64,000 bases of DNA from positions 672,419 through 736,418 of the forward strand of contig JAKMXF010000099.1 of NCBI GenBank assembly GCA_024704765.1, written 5' to 3'. Origin of the DNA: Oopsacas minuta (Eukaryota; Animalia; Porifera). Positions 12,141 to 24,682 of the stretch are shown here, in pieces. How positions within the stretch are numbered: position 1 is the stretch's first letter; each line of letters begins with the position of its first letter. The position numbers were made by a program, and so were the translations under genes. Under the pieces are notes generated by a model, which made no database searches, had not been told where the DNA came from, and was given only the letters and a program-made list of their open reading frames with translations.

Positions 12141-13837
12141 TCACTGTATATATGCTTACAAGAAAATAACGATAGTTTATGTAGCAGCTACAGTATTGTA
12201 AAGACAAATGAAATTGAGAAATAATGTATACTTTTAAAAGTAATAAAACCACTAGCGACCCCCTGTCTGTTATTCTGGTGGTGAATAAGTTCCAGAATTG
12301 GCTTCAAATTTGGACTTGCGTGAAAAAGAAACAAAGGTTTGAGAATTTATCTTTAGGTCGTGAGAACTTGTGAGACACACGATTAACAACTGAGAGTCCG
12401 TATCTCAGCGAGTGACCCATTGAAACATCTCGTGACTCATTAACACATTGAACAAATTCGAAAATCTGACAAACTAACAAGGTGAACTCATACTTATCGT
12501 TCACCAATATCCAATAATTACAAACTGTCAATGGATAACTCGATGACCTATAGGTATCACGAGAGGTCTTTGATCACTAGTCATGAGTCGAACGGTGACT
12601 CACCACTCAACTGACATATGAACTATGACCCAATGACTCATGGTCCATAATGGTTCCAGAAGTCCAGAAAAGAAGAAGGCAAGTTGTGTTTTTCTGGTTT
12701 TGGAATATCTTAGTGTTCAACATAATCGAATATCCATGACATTATGTTCAGCATAATCACTGATCGATTGTATAATATTGTGAATTTTAATGATTCTCAT
12801 ATTTCATCTTAAAATATCTTATTATATTAATCACATTTGCTTTAAACATTTTCTTAATAATAGACCAATATCCGGGTGGTGGGTCCAATTTTCAGATGTT
12901 TAGACCTGAAGTACCTGGTACTTGGGTTGTCTGTCATGGCCGGTGTTTCACTTAAAAATAGTTGGTATATAATTTCCAAACAAGGAATTGAAGTTTCAAT
13001 CATACCAGGGATCCCCAAACACTACTGCTTGAGGGCCCTTTTGTTGTTTATAGGTTTAATGACGGGCAGTAAATTATTGTCTATAGAATCTAAATTCATT
13101 CATATTGTACTGAATAAAAAACATACACGGTCAATACAGGTGAAATCATACCATTTTCTTGCTAGGCAATATGGTAACATACCGATAGTAAGAATAAACC
13201 GATGTAAAATCTATGGATTTCTCACAGTTTCTGAATTCTTAGCTGAAATTTTAGCAAAGACTATAAGTAAGACAACCTGGTGTGAGAATACCCAGTTCAG
13301 CAGTATTAGCCTAGAACTAAATGCTATAAAGTAATATAATATAGGTATCATCAGTGTTAGACAGGTGCTATTTAACTTCGCTAATTTTTCTGTTGTCTTT
13401 GATACCTGGAACACTAAAGTGAAAAAGGTATTGTAAATTCTGAAATTCGAAACACTTATCCGATGCAAGTCATGTCAATATTCATCTGTCAATCAAGACC
13501 TTATTCGAAGTAGCAATTTTCATTCTTAATATGGTATGTTTACACATTATGATTTCCTCCGATGAGGAACAATTCGGTCGAAACAATTGGGAACAATTCA
13601 AATTACAAACCTTGAAATAATAAAGTAGTTTTTTTGTAAATCAATCAATCTCATAAAATCCTATAATCGACAAGACAATCACATACAAGAGAGTCCAACT
13701 GGTTTCGATTGAATCACAAAAAATGAGTATAGTCAAGGTTACATATATTGTATTTCACTATCTAACAATACATCTCAATTCGTTAGGATTTTGGAGGGCC
13801 GCTTTGATGCGCGGACCGCAGTTTTGGATCCCTGAGT

Positions 13838-14680
13838 CACAGTGTGGAATTATGCCGTAATAAGTAACAATTTGACTTCGCTGTTTACCAAATTTAATGT
13901 GTGCATTCGATTTTAACTATTTCAAAGCTAAAAATATGCTATTACTAGTTACTTAATGAACCTATAACTTGTGTGATAAAAGTTTCAAACTTAGGCTTAA
14001 ATTTGAAATTTGAAAACCTGAAAAACCACAAATATTTATTCTTCAAAGATCCTACGATATTTGAGCATTCCTGTATCTTGGTAACGCAATGACATTTATC
14101 AGTACAGATTCCATATTTATAGCTCAACTACGTATGGTATAGTAGAATTTTGTAATACAAACCTCCATACCCTCATTCCAAAATGGTGACTTTCATTAGG
14201 CCTAACAAATGACCTTTCCTCGAACATAGAAGAGCTAATACACAAACTGTACTATAATATAGTTGAACTATATATAAGTTATTTGTTATCAGTATTCGTA
14301 TGCACTATGTGATTAATTTAACTTGTTTGCAAAATAAATTACATCATTACTTTTTCTCTCTCAAGAATTTTATGTCTATTTTTATCCATATTTCAGCTTT
14401 TACCTATATTATAGGTGCCCGATTTTACAATTCAAATTATTCTGAGTAAATAGTCTACAATGTCACATAGTATATCTTTCTATTTTTCATTCTCAATAAA
14501 TTCTAGATCCGACCACTTATACTTTTCTTGACATAGAGTGTATGGGGGCACATATTGAATGAAATGTTTTTTAGACAAAATTTGAATTTTCGTTATAACA
14601 TTTAATAATTACTGTATTTCTAATTCATTAGTATCATTTTATGAAGTATCTAATACAGAATTAAATTCAGGTTGCGTTTG
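13838..14680 (+). repeat. Non-autonomous element with a CACAGTG terminus (Transib-like), copy 1
   Basis: Begins CACAGTGTGGAATTATGCCGTAATA and aligns by eye, in reverse orientation, with 37580-38252. The right end is approximate. Confidence 0.55.
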
Positions 14681-14699
14681 ATTTATGTCTCATCAGATT

Positions 14700-15227
14700 T
14701 CGGCCGGCACCCGATGATTAATTATTACAGTTGTTTTCTAAGTTAGTATGAAGCATACGTATCACAATTTGTGGATTAAGATACCAAAGATTTTGAAATA
14801 TGTAGAAAAAGATGTGAACAAAGCCTGCAAATCCTGGAATCTCGCGATCCCTTCAGCGTTTGATATCTGACTGAGATTCATAGTTGAGGAGAAGAGTTAA
14901 TCATTCATTTGAGAGGAGACACAACGTCAATTGGTGATATGCTGTGTGAATGGTTAACTGAGCATCCATGTAAATAGACGTTGCTGCAACTTTTTCAGCT
15001 TTATAATTTCGAGGGGCTTCTCAATAAGTGCAATCTCTATTGGGTACTCTATGAATTTATGTGTATACTCAATGTCCCCATCAGTGAAATGCTTGGAAAA
15101 CACGTAAACAATCTTAAAATCACTAATATTTTCCCCAAGAGTTTCTGAATTGATCTTGCTTGTGTGGCATTGTAGAAAAATTGTTGCTCATTCTCAAAAG
15201 ACATGGTGCAGAACAACGAACAGGCAT
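14700..15227 (-). pseudogene. THAP domain / P-element 5' remnant
   Basis: MPVRCSAPC...VYVFSKHF matches the THAP C2CH pattern; degraded. Confidence 0.55.
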
Positions 15228-15544
15228 TCTATGTACAAAAATATATGTAAATAACTGATAATATTGAAGTAAAATCTCAGTTTACAAAAGGTTTCAGTAA
15301 AATTATATATGACCAAAAGTATTTGGCATTTATAGGTTGATAAACACAATAATTATTTCTACCATAGTATTGAAATTTTAGTTCGGTCGACATGAGTTTC
15401 CTTGGTCCAAAATCCATAATCAGTTGTGAGGCTTTATGTATAGTAGTAGACTATGGAAATGCACGAGTGTGAAGTTGGCAGCGAGTTCTAGCAGTGAAAT
15501 TTGAGTACAGCTTGACACATAATGAGTCCATCAATTGTGAATCA

Positions 15545-16300
15545 ATCCATATGAAATTTGGTTAGTACCTTTAGGTAGAGTAGTGCTTTCCCATTATTCA
15601 ATAATTAATCCCTCAGACACATATTCATTGACACAATGGCTTGGTAAATTTGATAATAATTTTAGGCCTAATTATTTTACTGAATGTACCACGTATGATA
15701 TGAACTTGTTACTACTATGATTTAACATCAAATGGTGTTTTACCTCAGTAATTTCAGAAATATTGATAACAATTAACAGATTTACTTAGTGTTGAGTCGT
15801 GCTCATGTCCTCTACGGGGATTCAATTATATAAAATTTGCATTGCCATTGTGGCAAGAGTAGGTGTGTTTGGGATTAATTGCTAAATACTGCAAAAGCAC
15901 CACATTAAGCAAAGGTGCTGAATCAATTTAAGATGAATGAATTGACAATTTATGGATGTATTAAGCACTAAGCTGTGTTCACAATACCAGATAGGGATTT
16001 GGATTATAATTTTTCCAATGTCATTGTAATAAGAGTAGGATTGATAGGGATTAATTATTAAATATTGGAAAACGAACCAAACGATGCAAAGGTACTGACT
16101 CAATTCCAGATGAAATGATTCATTATTAACAGATTAATTCAGGTTTAAGTTGTACTCAAAATCCTTCATTGGGATTAAAAAAAATTTTTCCAATGTCATT
16201 GTGGTAAGAATAGGGGTGATAGAGTTTAATCCCTTAATATAGTAAACGTAGCATCCTAGGTAAAGGTACTGACCAAATTTCAGAATAAATGATTAATATC
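15545..16300. repeat. Cluster of four diverged units of about 100-125 bp (one +, three - in tandem at about 170-bp spacing)
   Basis: Shared motifs AAAGGT(A/G)CTGA and GGATTAATT / TTTCCAATGTCATTGT at about 15835, 16008 and 16183; an inverted copy lies at about 15545-15650. Confidence 0.6.
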
Positions 16301-17794
16301 CAGGGATGTCTGGTGTTAAATTCGCAATCTAGGTATTCTGATGAAACAGTTTCAAAGATTTCTATGAATTACTCACTATTATGAATGAATATTCCCAACA
16401 TTGTGGCAGTTTGCGAAACCTATCACAATTTGTTTATTGGCTGTAAATTGTATGAAGTGGCATCATGTGACAAGAAAATATTCAGCATAGCATTTTGTAT
16501 CAAATTAGGAGTCTGTATACTGAGATTTTGATTTACGCACGATGCAAATTTGAAATGGGATATAATGTGAATCTTACAGTTTTCCTTTATTGGCAACACA
16601 AATATGGACGAAATTGTTACTATTGGTTTGGAGATAATATTGACTGATTATTTTCCAGGTATGGTAAGAATCACCATTATAACGAGATTCAGTCCGAAAA
16701 GATCCAGAAAATTTCGAAAATCCACAGCCACTGTAATAAGGCCTCAAAATTGATTAAGGACAATGGACCAGGATGCAAGTGTCGACCAAACTGAAATTTA
16801 ACCAATGTTTGTAAAAGATAGTTACTGGGTATTATAACGTACTCTAGGGTAAATATTCCTGCAGGCATGTCACATTTGGCATTTTTCATACATATATTTA
16901 AGTCAAAACAGTTCCCCTACAAAGTTCTTTCAATTGGCATTATTTTGGTAGAGGAACAATCTGTTCGTTGGTGTTCGTATTTACATAGTTACATTGTATG
17001 ATTTGTCTACAATACAATGTGTAATATGTACTCTGAGTCAGAGAATGCATTTGAAAAGTTTCGAAATTGGCTATATATAGTAAACTCAAGGAATCCGCTA
17101 GTATTTACGGTCTTATCTACATCCTCTCACAGTAGCCATATCATTTTCATTTAATCGAATATTTAACACACTAATTGTAATTGGGATCATCAACAACGAG
17201 ATTGCAACCACAAATTTAACATCATATGTAGAAGGATAGCAAGGATTTCTTCTTTAGAATTACTTTTTGGGATATGACATAGGTGTCTTAACCATTTTGG
17301 CAGCCGGGAATCTCAGTCAACCCAGGCCAGAGGTCTCCAGGAGTTTACCAGGGACTCCTTGTATTATCCGGGCCTATCTTGAAGGTGCCGCCAATGGATA
17401 TTTCACGATAAATTCATATATTATCTAACTTCAGAATACTCAAGCGATAATGTGATTCCAAGTCAGGTATATCAAATCTCCACATTTAACAAATTTATAT
17501 TGTCAGTTCAAGCCACATTTCCCCGGTTCACTACCTTAACCTTTGAAGTTCGCTTGTCCTGAAGAGTCAAGGATTTAAGAGATCATTGGGCTGTAAAAAA
17601 TGTACTAATAATGATTGCTACCAAGTTTCCATAATGCATATGTATATTTGAAGATATTTCTGATGTTAAATGGATTTCATCCATTAGGACAATGGTTCTC
17701 AACCTGAGGCCGAACAAATATATTTCCCAAGGGGCTGGAGCGTCATAAAATTGTGTGGGATCTTTAACTAATTAATTTCTAAGTATGCAATATA

Positions 17795-19017
17795 CGTGGG
17801 GCACTAGGAGGCTTTGCCATTATATAGTAAAACATTGAATATAATTAGTATAATACTTTAATTTTCTCAAAATATTCGCCATGAGCAGCTATACAGCTTT
17901 GCATACGCAATATCTAATCTTCGAAAGATTCTTACCAATTTTTCGATGAGGTACTTTTACAACTCTTCGTCACTAGTAAAGCATCTACTTTTGAGTTTTC
18001 CTTAAGTTTGGGCAAGATCAAGAAGTCACATGGGGGCTAAATCAGTAGGATATGGTGGTTCTGGCATGGTAGATACTCCATTTGCTTCATTATAATCCAT
18101 TGTATGTGCTGGTTTATTTTCATGGTACAATTCTATGCATCGTACTCCAGTTTTGGGTTAACGATGCTTGATCTCGTCGAAGACTGCTTTCAAACAAACA
18201 TCGGTACGCCATTTTCCAGTAACCGTGGGACCGTTTTCAAGTTTAACAACCTTTATCAAACCTTGATAATTGAAGAAAATTGCGTACATCCTCTTGCCCA
18301 CTGACTTTGGCGTTTCACTTGGACAGGTTGAGGATCATCTTCGAATACCTACAATTTTGCTTTCTCCTTTCTTCGAGGATCGTAGTAATATATCCACGTT
18401 TCTTCACTGGTAACAATGTCATAAAACCTCCTCCCTTGTCAGAGTATATTTATCAAGCATATATTGACAAAATTCAACTCTCTCGGCCTACCGTAGTTGG
18501 GGCAACTTATGAGGGACCCACCGACAACAGAGCTTTCTGAGAAATACGTGTTCATGTAGGATCGAATTAATTGATAGCGATGAAATCTTCAGGTTTTCCT
18601 CTAACTATTTGTAAGTGATATGTGGGTTCGTAAACGCTTCGCTATCCGCAACCTTATCCTTCCCCGAAGTAACTTCTTCGTCATGTCTTCGAGAACGAAG
18701 TTCATCTTCAAACGATGCCCTACCATCATGAATTCGCAATGCCACTTTTGTATAGTGCGTATTGAGACTATATCATCACCAAATACCTTCTCCATTTCAA
18801 AAGACATTCTTCTATTGATAACTCACGCTTGAAATTATAGTATATTATGACCCGTAATTCGATCTTGCCTAACGTTTCCATGGAGATATGAAAATATGCT
18901 AAACTCGCATTGTATAATTATACTTAATTGAAATACAGTGTTTGAAACTTGTCGGAAAGTTTTAAGTTGTGAGTGATAAAATTATGTGTCTATCTTCAAA
19001 ACTAATAGTGCCCCTCG
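17795..19017 (-). mobile_element. mariner remnant (second family)
   Basis: TA-flanked ends CGTGGGGCACTA / TAGTGCCCCTCG. Decayed transposase with PPYPTDLAPCDF and FGDDIVSIRTIQKW. Confidence 0.8.
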
Positions 19018-20907
19018 TATCTTAGAAAATTGTAATAAATATTGGCAAAATTAATGTTACTAAATTAATACTGTAATATCAAAATCGCCTGTGACTACAG
19101 GACAGTTACTGCTACTGAATGTAAATATTGTAATTGTGAGGAATTCACAAGGGGGCAGCCCCACTTGGCTTGAGGCCCCAAGTAGCTGGCACCTCCCACA
19201 CCCTGATCTTTGGCGCGCATGTTGGGGTGCGGAAGTACCTATGAGGTCTGTTTCAACGGATTCTGAATACTATATACTGAAAATTTCATTAATCACTAGG
19301 GATTTTCAGTTTATCTACGGATTCTTTCTACTATAGATCCTATATAAGTGGGCGAGGTAGGGACGGCGAAACTCTTGATAAACCCCCTTTACAATTATAA
19401 TTTCAAATAAAAATGTACTTTAACCTGAGATTTTGAAACTTTATGTTTAGCCACTTCCTGGAACGTCTTTTTTGCAATGATAGTAGATTATTATAACATG
19501 CCCTAAGGTTGTTTATTGAATATTAGAATCTTTAAGATATTTTCATTTAAGAAACCCAAAATTTCAAGCGCTATAGTACCGCCCCAATATATCGGTAACT
19601 ACAGTACGATACTGAAAAAATAATTGAGGGCGGTAAGACTTTGATACTTCTTAGTTAGAATAGTATGAAGATTCAAATTTCATTTAAAAAAATTTTGTAA
19701 ACCATTCAATTTTTATGATTGCACTATTTTTTGACATTTCTACTATTTTGCTATATATTTTAGTAAATACGGAACATTTTGAGGACCAGAATTATGTTAA
19801 TAGTGGATTTCAACCCCTTATCCTATATAATCATTGTATTCATAATTCATAAGATAACTCATCACATGCATCACCAATATTATTCTTTCAATGTAATGTA
19901 AGGTTTATCGTGGTTTCCATTCACCATTCCTTAGGCCACTTCTTATGTCCCAAGTACAACTTTTACAAGTGATCGGATAAGCATTGACCGCATCTAATAA
20001 CTATCAACTTTCAAAACCTAACTGAATAATACATTGTATTTCTTCCAATAGTCTCTTCATCTTGGAGCATAATTGGTTAGTTATAATTGCACAAGTTACC
20101 ACTCATTACCCTGGTTATACTTGATTGTTAACTGAATTATTATGCTGTGGACACTAAATAAGTTTAGTGAGATCTCGTCCAAAATCTAGCGCAAGCTTAA
20201 AATGAAGATTATGAACAGAAATTTCTCCAGTAACATTAATTGGACATAATTTCTATTAGGTTATCAATATCACAACATCGAATAATCATGTATTTTGAAA
20301 TCTGGCGAGTATTTTCATTGGAATAGTTGGACACATTTACAGATGTCGCCACAATTCAAATGACGATCCATGTACTAGCTATATATTGATCGATAGCACA
20401 CTCATTTAACTCTAATGACTCCTCTAGCTGCATATTTGAAATTGACACTGAAGATATCAATTTTGCTATATTATAAATCCATTTTTGGACATCTGGTAGG
20501 TAGTTTACTTGTACTGGAGGAGGTGACAGTAATGTTCAATCGCTTGCGACCTTAGAGCTTGGGTGTTCGAAGAGATTGGCTTCATTTTTTGGCTCTCTGA
20601 AGATCATTCTCACAGATTCGAGTGTCTGGAACTTGAGAATATTCCAGTTTGTGCGTTGATAAGCAAATTTTAAGCAAATGTAATTGACTCCAGGACTACT
20701 ACGACTGATACATTTATTACAGTTTTGACTATTATTACAGTGAGTTAAAGTTAGCATGCATGCTTATTCATGAATTGTTGTGGACGGAGCTTTACTGTTA
20801 CAGCAAAATCTTGAACTCTCCATAGTCAGGAGACGTAGGTTTTCCTAACTCCAGGTATTTCACGTGTGTTACGAATCATGAGCCAAACTAACTGAGTACA
20901 GCTAGTT

Positions 20908-20988
20908 TTCTTTACCGCCGGAAGATGTATTGTACAATTATACATTGAATGTTATTGTATAATACGTACATCTTCCGGCGCTAAAAGA
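20908..20988. repeat. About 80-bp hairpin mini-MITE
   Basis: TCTTTACCGCCGGAAGATGTA ... TACATCTTCCGGCGCTAAAAGA inverted repeat around an AT-rich spacer. Confidence 0.65.
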
Positions 20989-22396
20989 GTGATTGGATCA
21001 ATTGATAATTGCTTCTCATGTTGAAATTGATAATTTAATTGAAACTTCATGAATATGTTAACTATGCTCACTAATATCATAAATAGTCTCCTTGTTATAG
21101 TAGATCAAATAACCATTCTTAATACGTTGCCATGGTAATACATGATATAATCACCATTTCTGTTTCCTAAATAGTTACTAAGTTCAATTTATCGCCCAAT
21201 TAAGAAATTAAATTTAGTCAAATAGTTATATTACCAAAAGTTATTGTAATCATAAAGAATATAGTTTCGTATACTATTTCTTTGCAAATTGTAAGAACAA
21301 ATGTGATAGTAGAAAGGTTTTTAGTTCAAATTATGAGTCCTCACTAATTTCTAACTAAGAAACTGGTATGGAGAAAAATTTTCTCCCCCATCATACTCCA
21401 GTTACCTGTGGATATCTCAACCTCCCTATTTTGTTGAAAATAGTTCGAAATTACGAATCTGCCATTTTGTTATTGTTCCAAATCAACTTTCATGTATTCT
21501 AATTGAATTATTACTTATTGTATAAATGCATTGTGTGTATTATGTATTATATTATTTTGTTTGGATAATCTAACTATATCTAATAGGATATAATTACCGG
21601 AAATCCAGACGAGAAATTTGAATATAGTCCAATGGATATTTCAAAGCAGGTACTATATTTATTATGCATTTGGACATCTGGTTATAGATTACTCCAAGGA
21701 GTTTCAAAAATGAGTGAAAACGTATCTTACAGGTTTACAAGCACTGACAATTACCGAATCCTCATAAGGCTGTTTGGCCATGTACTATGGCCAGACAACA
21801 TAATGTTGACCAATAAACTCTCAACTAAACTTGCTGTGAAGCAAAGTTTGGTTAACCATGTTGCTTACCCTCTTGTGGACTTTCCTGCTCAACCAAACAC
21901 TCATTAATCTGGACGTTTTAGATTTATATGTTTAAACATTCGGTACAATTGCAGAATCTTACACCCCCAACTTTTTAATGTGGTCAAAAATCCCTATATG
22001 CACCGTTCAAGAACTCGTTGAGAGAAGTTGATAGAGCTAAAGAAATCCATAATCGGATTAAAATTGACAAAGTTACGAAAAATTTACTCCCTAAGCCAAA
22101 TCCTATGGGGAAAATTGTATTACTCACTATAGTCAAATTGTATTGATTTATACATTACAATTACCATAGGAATGCTCATACTGTTGATATTGCGGTTATA
22201 CATGCTTGTTACTCTACTCTTTCATGCTCATTTGTTTGCTATTCAGTGTATTTCACTGCAGGTAATTCTTGTTACTTTAAAGGAAAGCTGGTTATTACAT
22301 AATTCTGTCTGCAACACTAAATATACAATGCAAAATTTTATTTCATATTATGCATGCAACTAAATTGCATCCTGTATGTGAAGTCGTTCAAACGTA

Positions 22397-22622
22397 CCAT
22401 ACTTGCCAACTGTTTCGTTGGTTGGCGGGACACAACGATTACTCGCCCCGAATATGTGTTGACTGCCAATGAGGCTAGTGTCCAGCCAAAACTGGACAAA
22501 CCCCTTAGTTATCCCTCTATTTTGTAGTCTAGTCTAATACAAATATGCTGCATCCGACGATGTCCCGCTCAATTAGCCCCTTCTGTCCCGCATTTTATCT
22601 TCACTCATGTTGGCAAGTATGG
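22397..22622. mobile_element. MITE inside the Merlin element
   Basis: TIR CCATACTTGCCAAC/GTTGGCAAGTATGG; no clear TSD. Confidence 0.7.
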
Positions 22623-23890
22623 GGTTGACACTTGCCCTGTAATACCCCGATAATGTTTAGCCAGTGCAGAGCAAAAGTATCAAGTTTTGGATAGCTAATA
22701 TAATACGGGTGGTATTTCTTGCCTCAACCAAATGTGCGGGGTCAAATGTCTATTGTAGATAAACTTGAGCAAGTGTAGTCAGTTTGTAACTGCAACACAT
22801 TCTCATTATAACGAAGTGTTCTGGACTGGTACGGAACCCGGTTACATTTCGTGATCTGCAGCATTAGGATATATGCGGAGTATGATCAATACTTTCAAGC
22901 TGGAGGAGGTTTGTGAATCACTTTGTTATAGCGTGAGTTTAGTCATATAATTGATGTTAGCTTATAACGGAAGTTTACAGTACTGGGCTTTATGAGGTCG
23001 TGTAACAGGTTCGGCGGTCGCTCCGAACCAATAATTAGCAATGTATATTAATGGTGAGATGTGATGAATGCTGCAACAGTAAGTTTGTGATTCCTGCGTC
23101 CCTACAATGCCAGTATTATTAGACAGTCAACTCCGCTTAATTAGGACAAATTTAGGTAATCGAGTGAAATTAGTAACTCACTCAAGACGATTTTTTCTTG
23201 ATTTAGGAAGTTGTAATAAGCTACGTACTAGGTACATCGCTTAATTTGGGATTAATGTGGCCAAATCAAATTCTATTTACTAGTTATTGTTATCGGAAGA
23301 CAATATAACGATCCGAATGGGAAATTTATTTGATTATGGGATTATTTACATAAATTTTCTTTACAACCAACAATCACCTAAAATGTGGTAAATATGCTTG
23401 AGATTAAACATGAGAAGTGTGGTAAAAATATGTTGTTTCAGATGTAATTTCTATTGTATAGATTTGTTGATGTGTTCATAGTTATACCTGTATCTATTAC
23501 ATACAATATTTAGTATAATTGGAATGCTGTTTGCTGGTTACTGAGTTGAACAACAAATGGTTTAGGAAAGTGGCATGCAAACCACATGTAATTATTACCT
23601 ATACTTAAAGAATACATTCCAAACGATCATACAATGTATTTCGATCAATCTTAAGTCAAGTATAAAAGGAATATCAGAGAAATATAACTAACAAATCCTA
23701 ATTATTCGAGTTGTGATATTTCTATTATAAAACCCTTAATGGCAGTTGCTCCATCGTTTCAACCTCTGCTGGTTCCTACAATATTTCCAGTTATTGAAGA
23801 AATGACCTTAAAACAACTTTTTGTAATATCACTATTGATGAAGATACTTGTATAGCATGGCTTAAAAGTAACGGACTTTTAGCTACCGGG

Positions 23891-24682
23891 ATGATGTGCA
23901 AATGCGGTAGAATTATGAGACCCGGAACATTTTCAGGTATTGCAGATGGAAAGGGGTGGAGGTGCCCGGAAAAGTCATGCAAGAAATTCACTTCGATGAG
24001 GATTGGCTCATTCTTTGAAGGTGTTCATATACCGTTAACTGAGTTGGTAGAATTTCTCTATTTCTGGGCCGATAATCTTCAAACTACTGCCTTTTTACAC
24101 AAGAATCTGGGGTGGGGAGAGCATACTATAGCAGACTGGAAGAACTTCCTCAGAGACCTATGTGTTGAAGAATTTTTAGTCAATCCTCAACCAATTGGAG
24201 GGCCTGGGCATATTGTAGAAATAGATGAATCAAAGTTTGGACATCGAAAGTATTCAAGAGGTCGTATGCTATCAGGTCAATGGGTATTTGGAGGAATAGA
24301 TAGAGAGACAAAAGATATCTTTATGATACCTGTTCAAGACAGGTCGGCTGCAACATTAGTCCCTCTCATCCAGAGATATATTCTTCCGGGCACTACCATA
24401 CTTTCTGACGAATGGGCATCGTATAATTCTATCCCCGTTGCAAGTTTTCAGCATCTCACCGTCAACCATAGTCTCAATTTTGTTGATCCTACTACAGGTG
24501 TACATACGCAAACAGTTGAGAGTACATGGGGTGGTGCGAAGAAACGGCAGAGGAATTGCATGACTACTAACCCCATACTTTTAGATACCCACTTATCTGA
24601 AGTTTGTTGGCAGAAGAAATATGGAGAAGCTAGTTTCTCCAACCTTATCATGGAAATAAGGAAACAATATCCAGTTGTCTAA
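23891..24682 (+). CDS. Merlin DDE transposase (263-aa ORF; probable true start at ATG 23739, offset by 1 nt at the T-run 23818-23822)
   Basis: CKCG...WRCPEKSC zinc ribbon, VEIDESKFGHRKYSRGR, WVFGG, ILSDEWASY, TVNHS, HTQTVESTW. Confidence 0.88.
   Translation: MMCKCGRIMRPGTFSGIADGKGWRCPEKSCKKFTSMRIGSFFEGVHIPLTELVEFLYFWADNLQTTAFLHKNLGWGEHTIADWKNFLRDLCVEEFLVNPQPIGGPGHIVEIDESKFGHRKYSRGRMLSGQWVFGGIDRETKDIFMIPVQDRSAATLVPLIQRYILPGTTILSDEWASYNSIPVASFQHLTVNHSLNFVDPTTGVHTQTVESTWGGAKKRQRNCMTTNPILLDTHLSEVCWQKKYGEASFSNLIMEIRKQYPVV

Noticed and set aside
12876-13334. Short ORFs such as 12876-13334, 5512-5964, 37686-38120 and the many ORFs antisense to transposases as host genes
   Set aside because: No recognisable domains; most are shadows of TE ORFs or chance ORFs in AT-rich repeats.
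15545-16300. Repeat units as LRR or GPCR exons
   Set aside because: The copies do not keep a common open frame and lack consistent splice sites.
23891-24682. IS1595-like transposase as bacterial contamination or a prokaryotic origin for the window
   Set aside because: It sits among eukaryotic TEs and spliced kinase exons and matches the eukaryotic Merlin structure; no operons, rRNA/tRNA genes or CRISPR arrays were seen.
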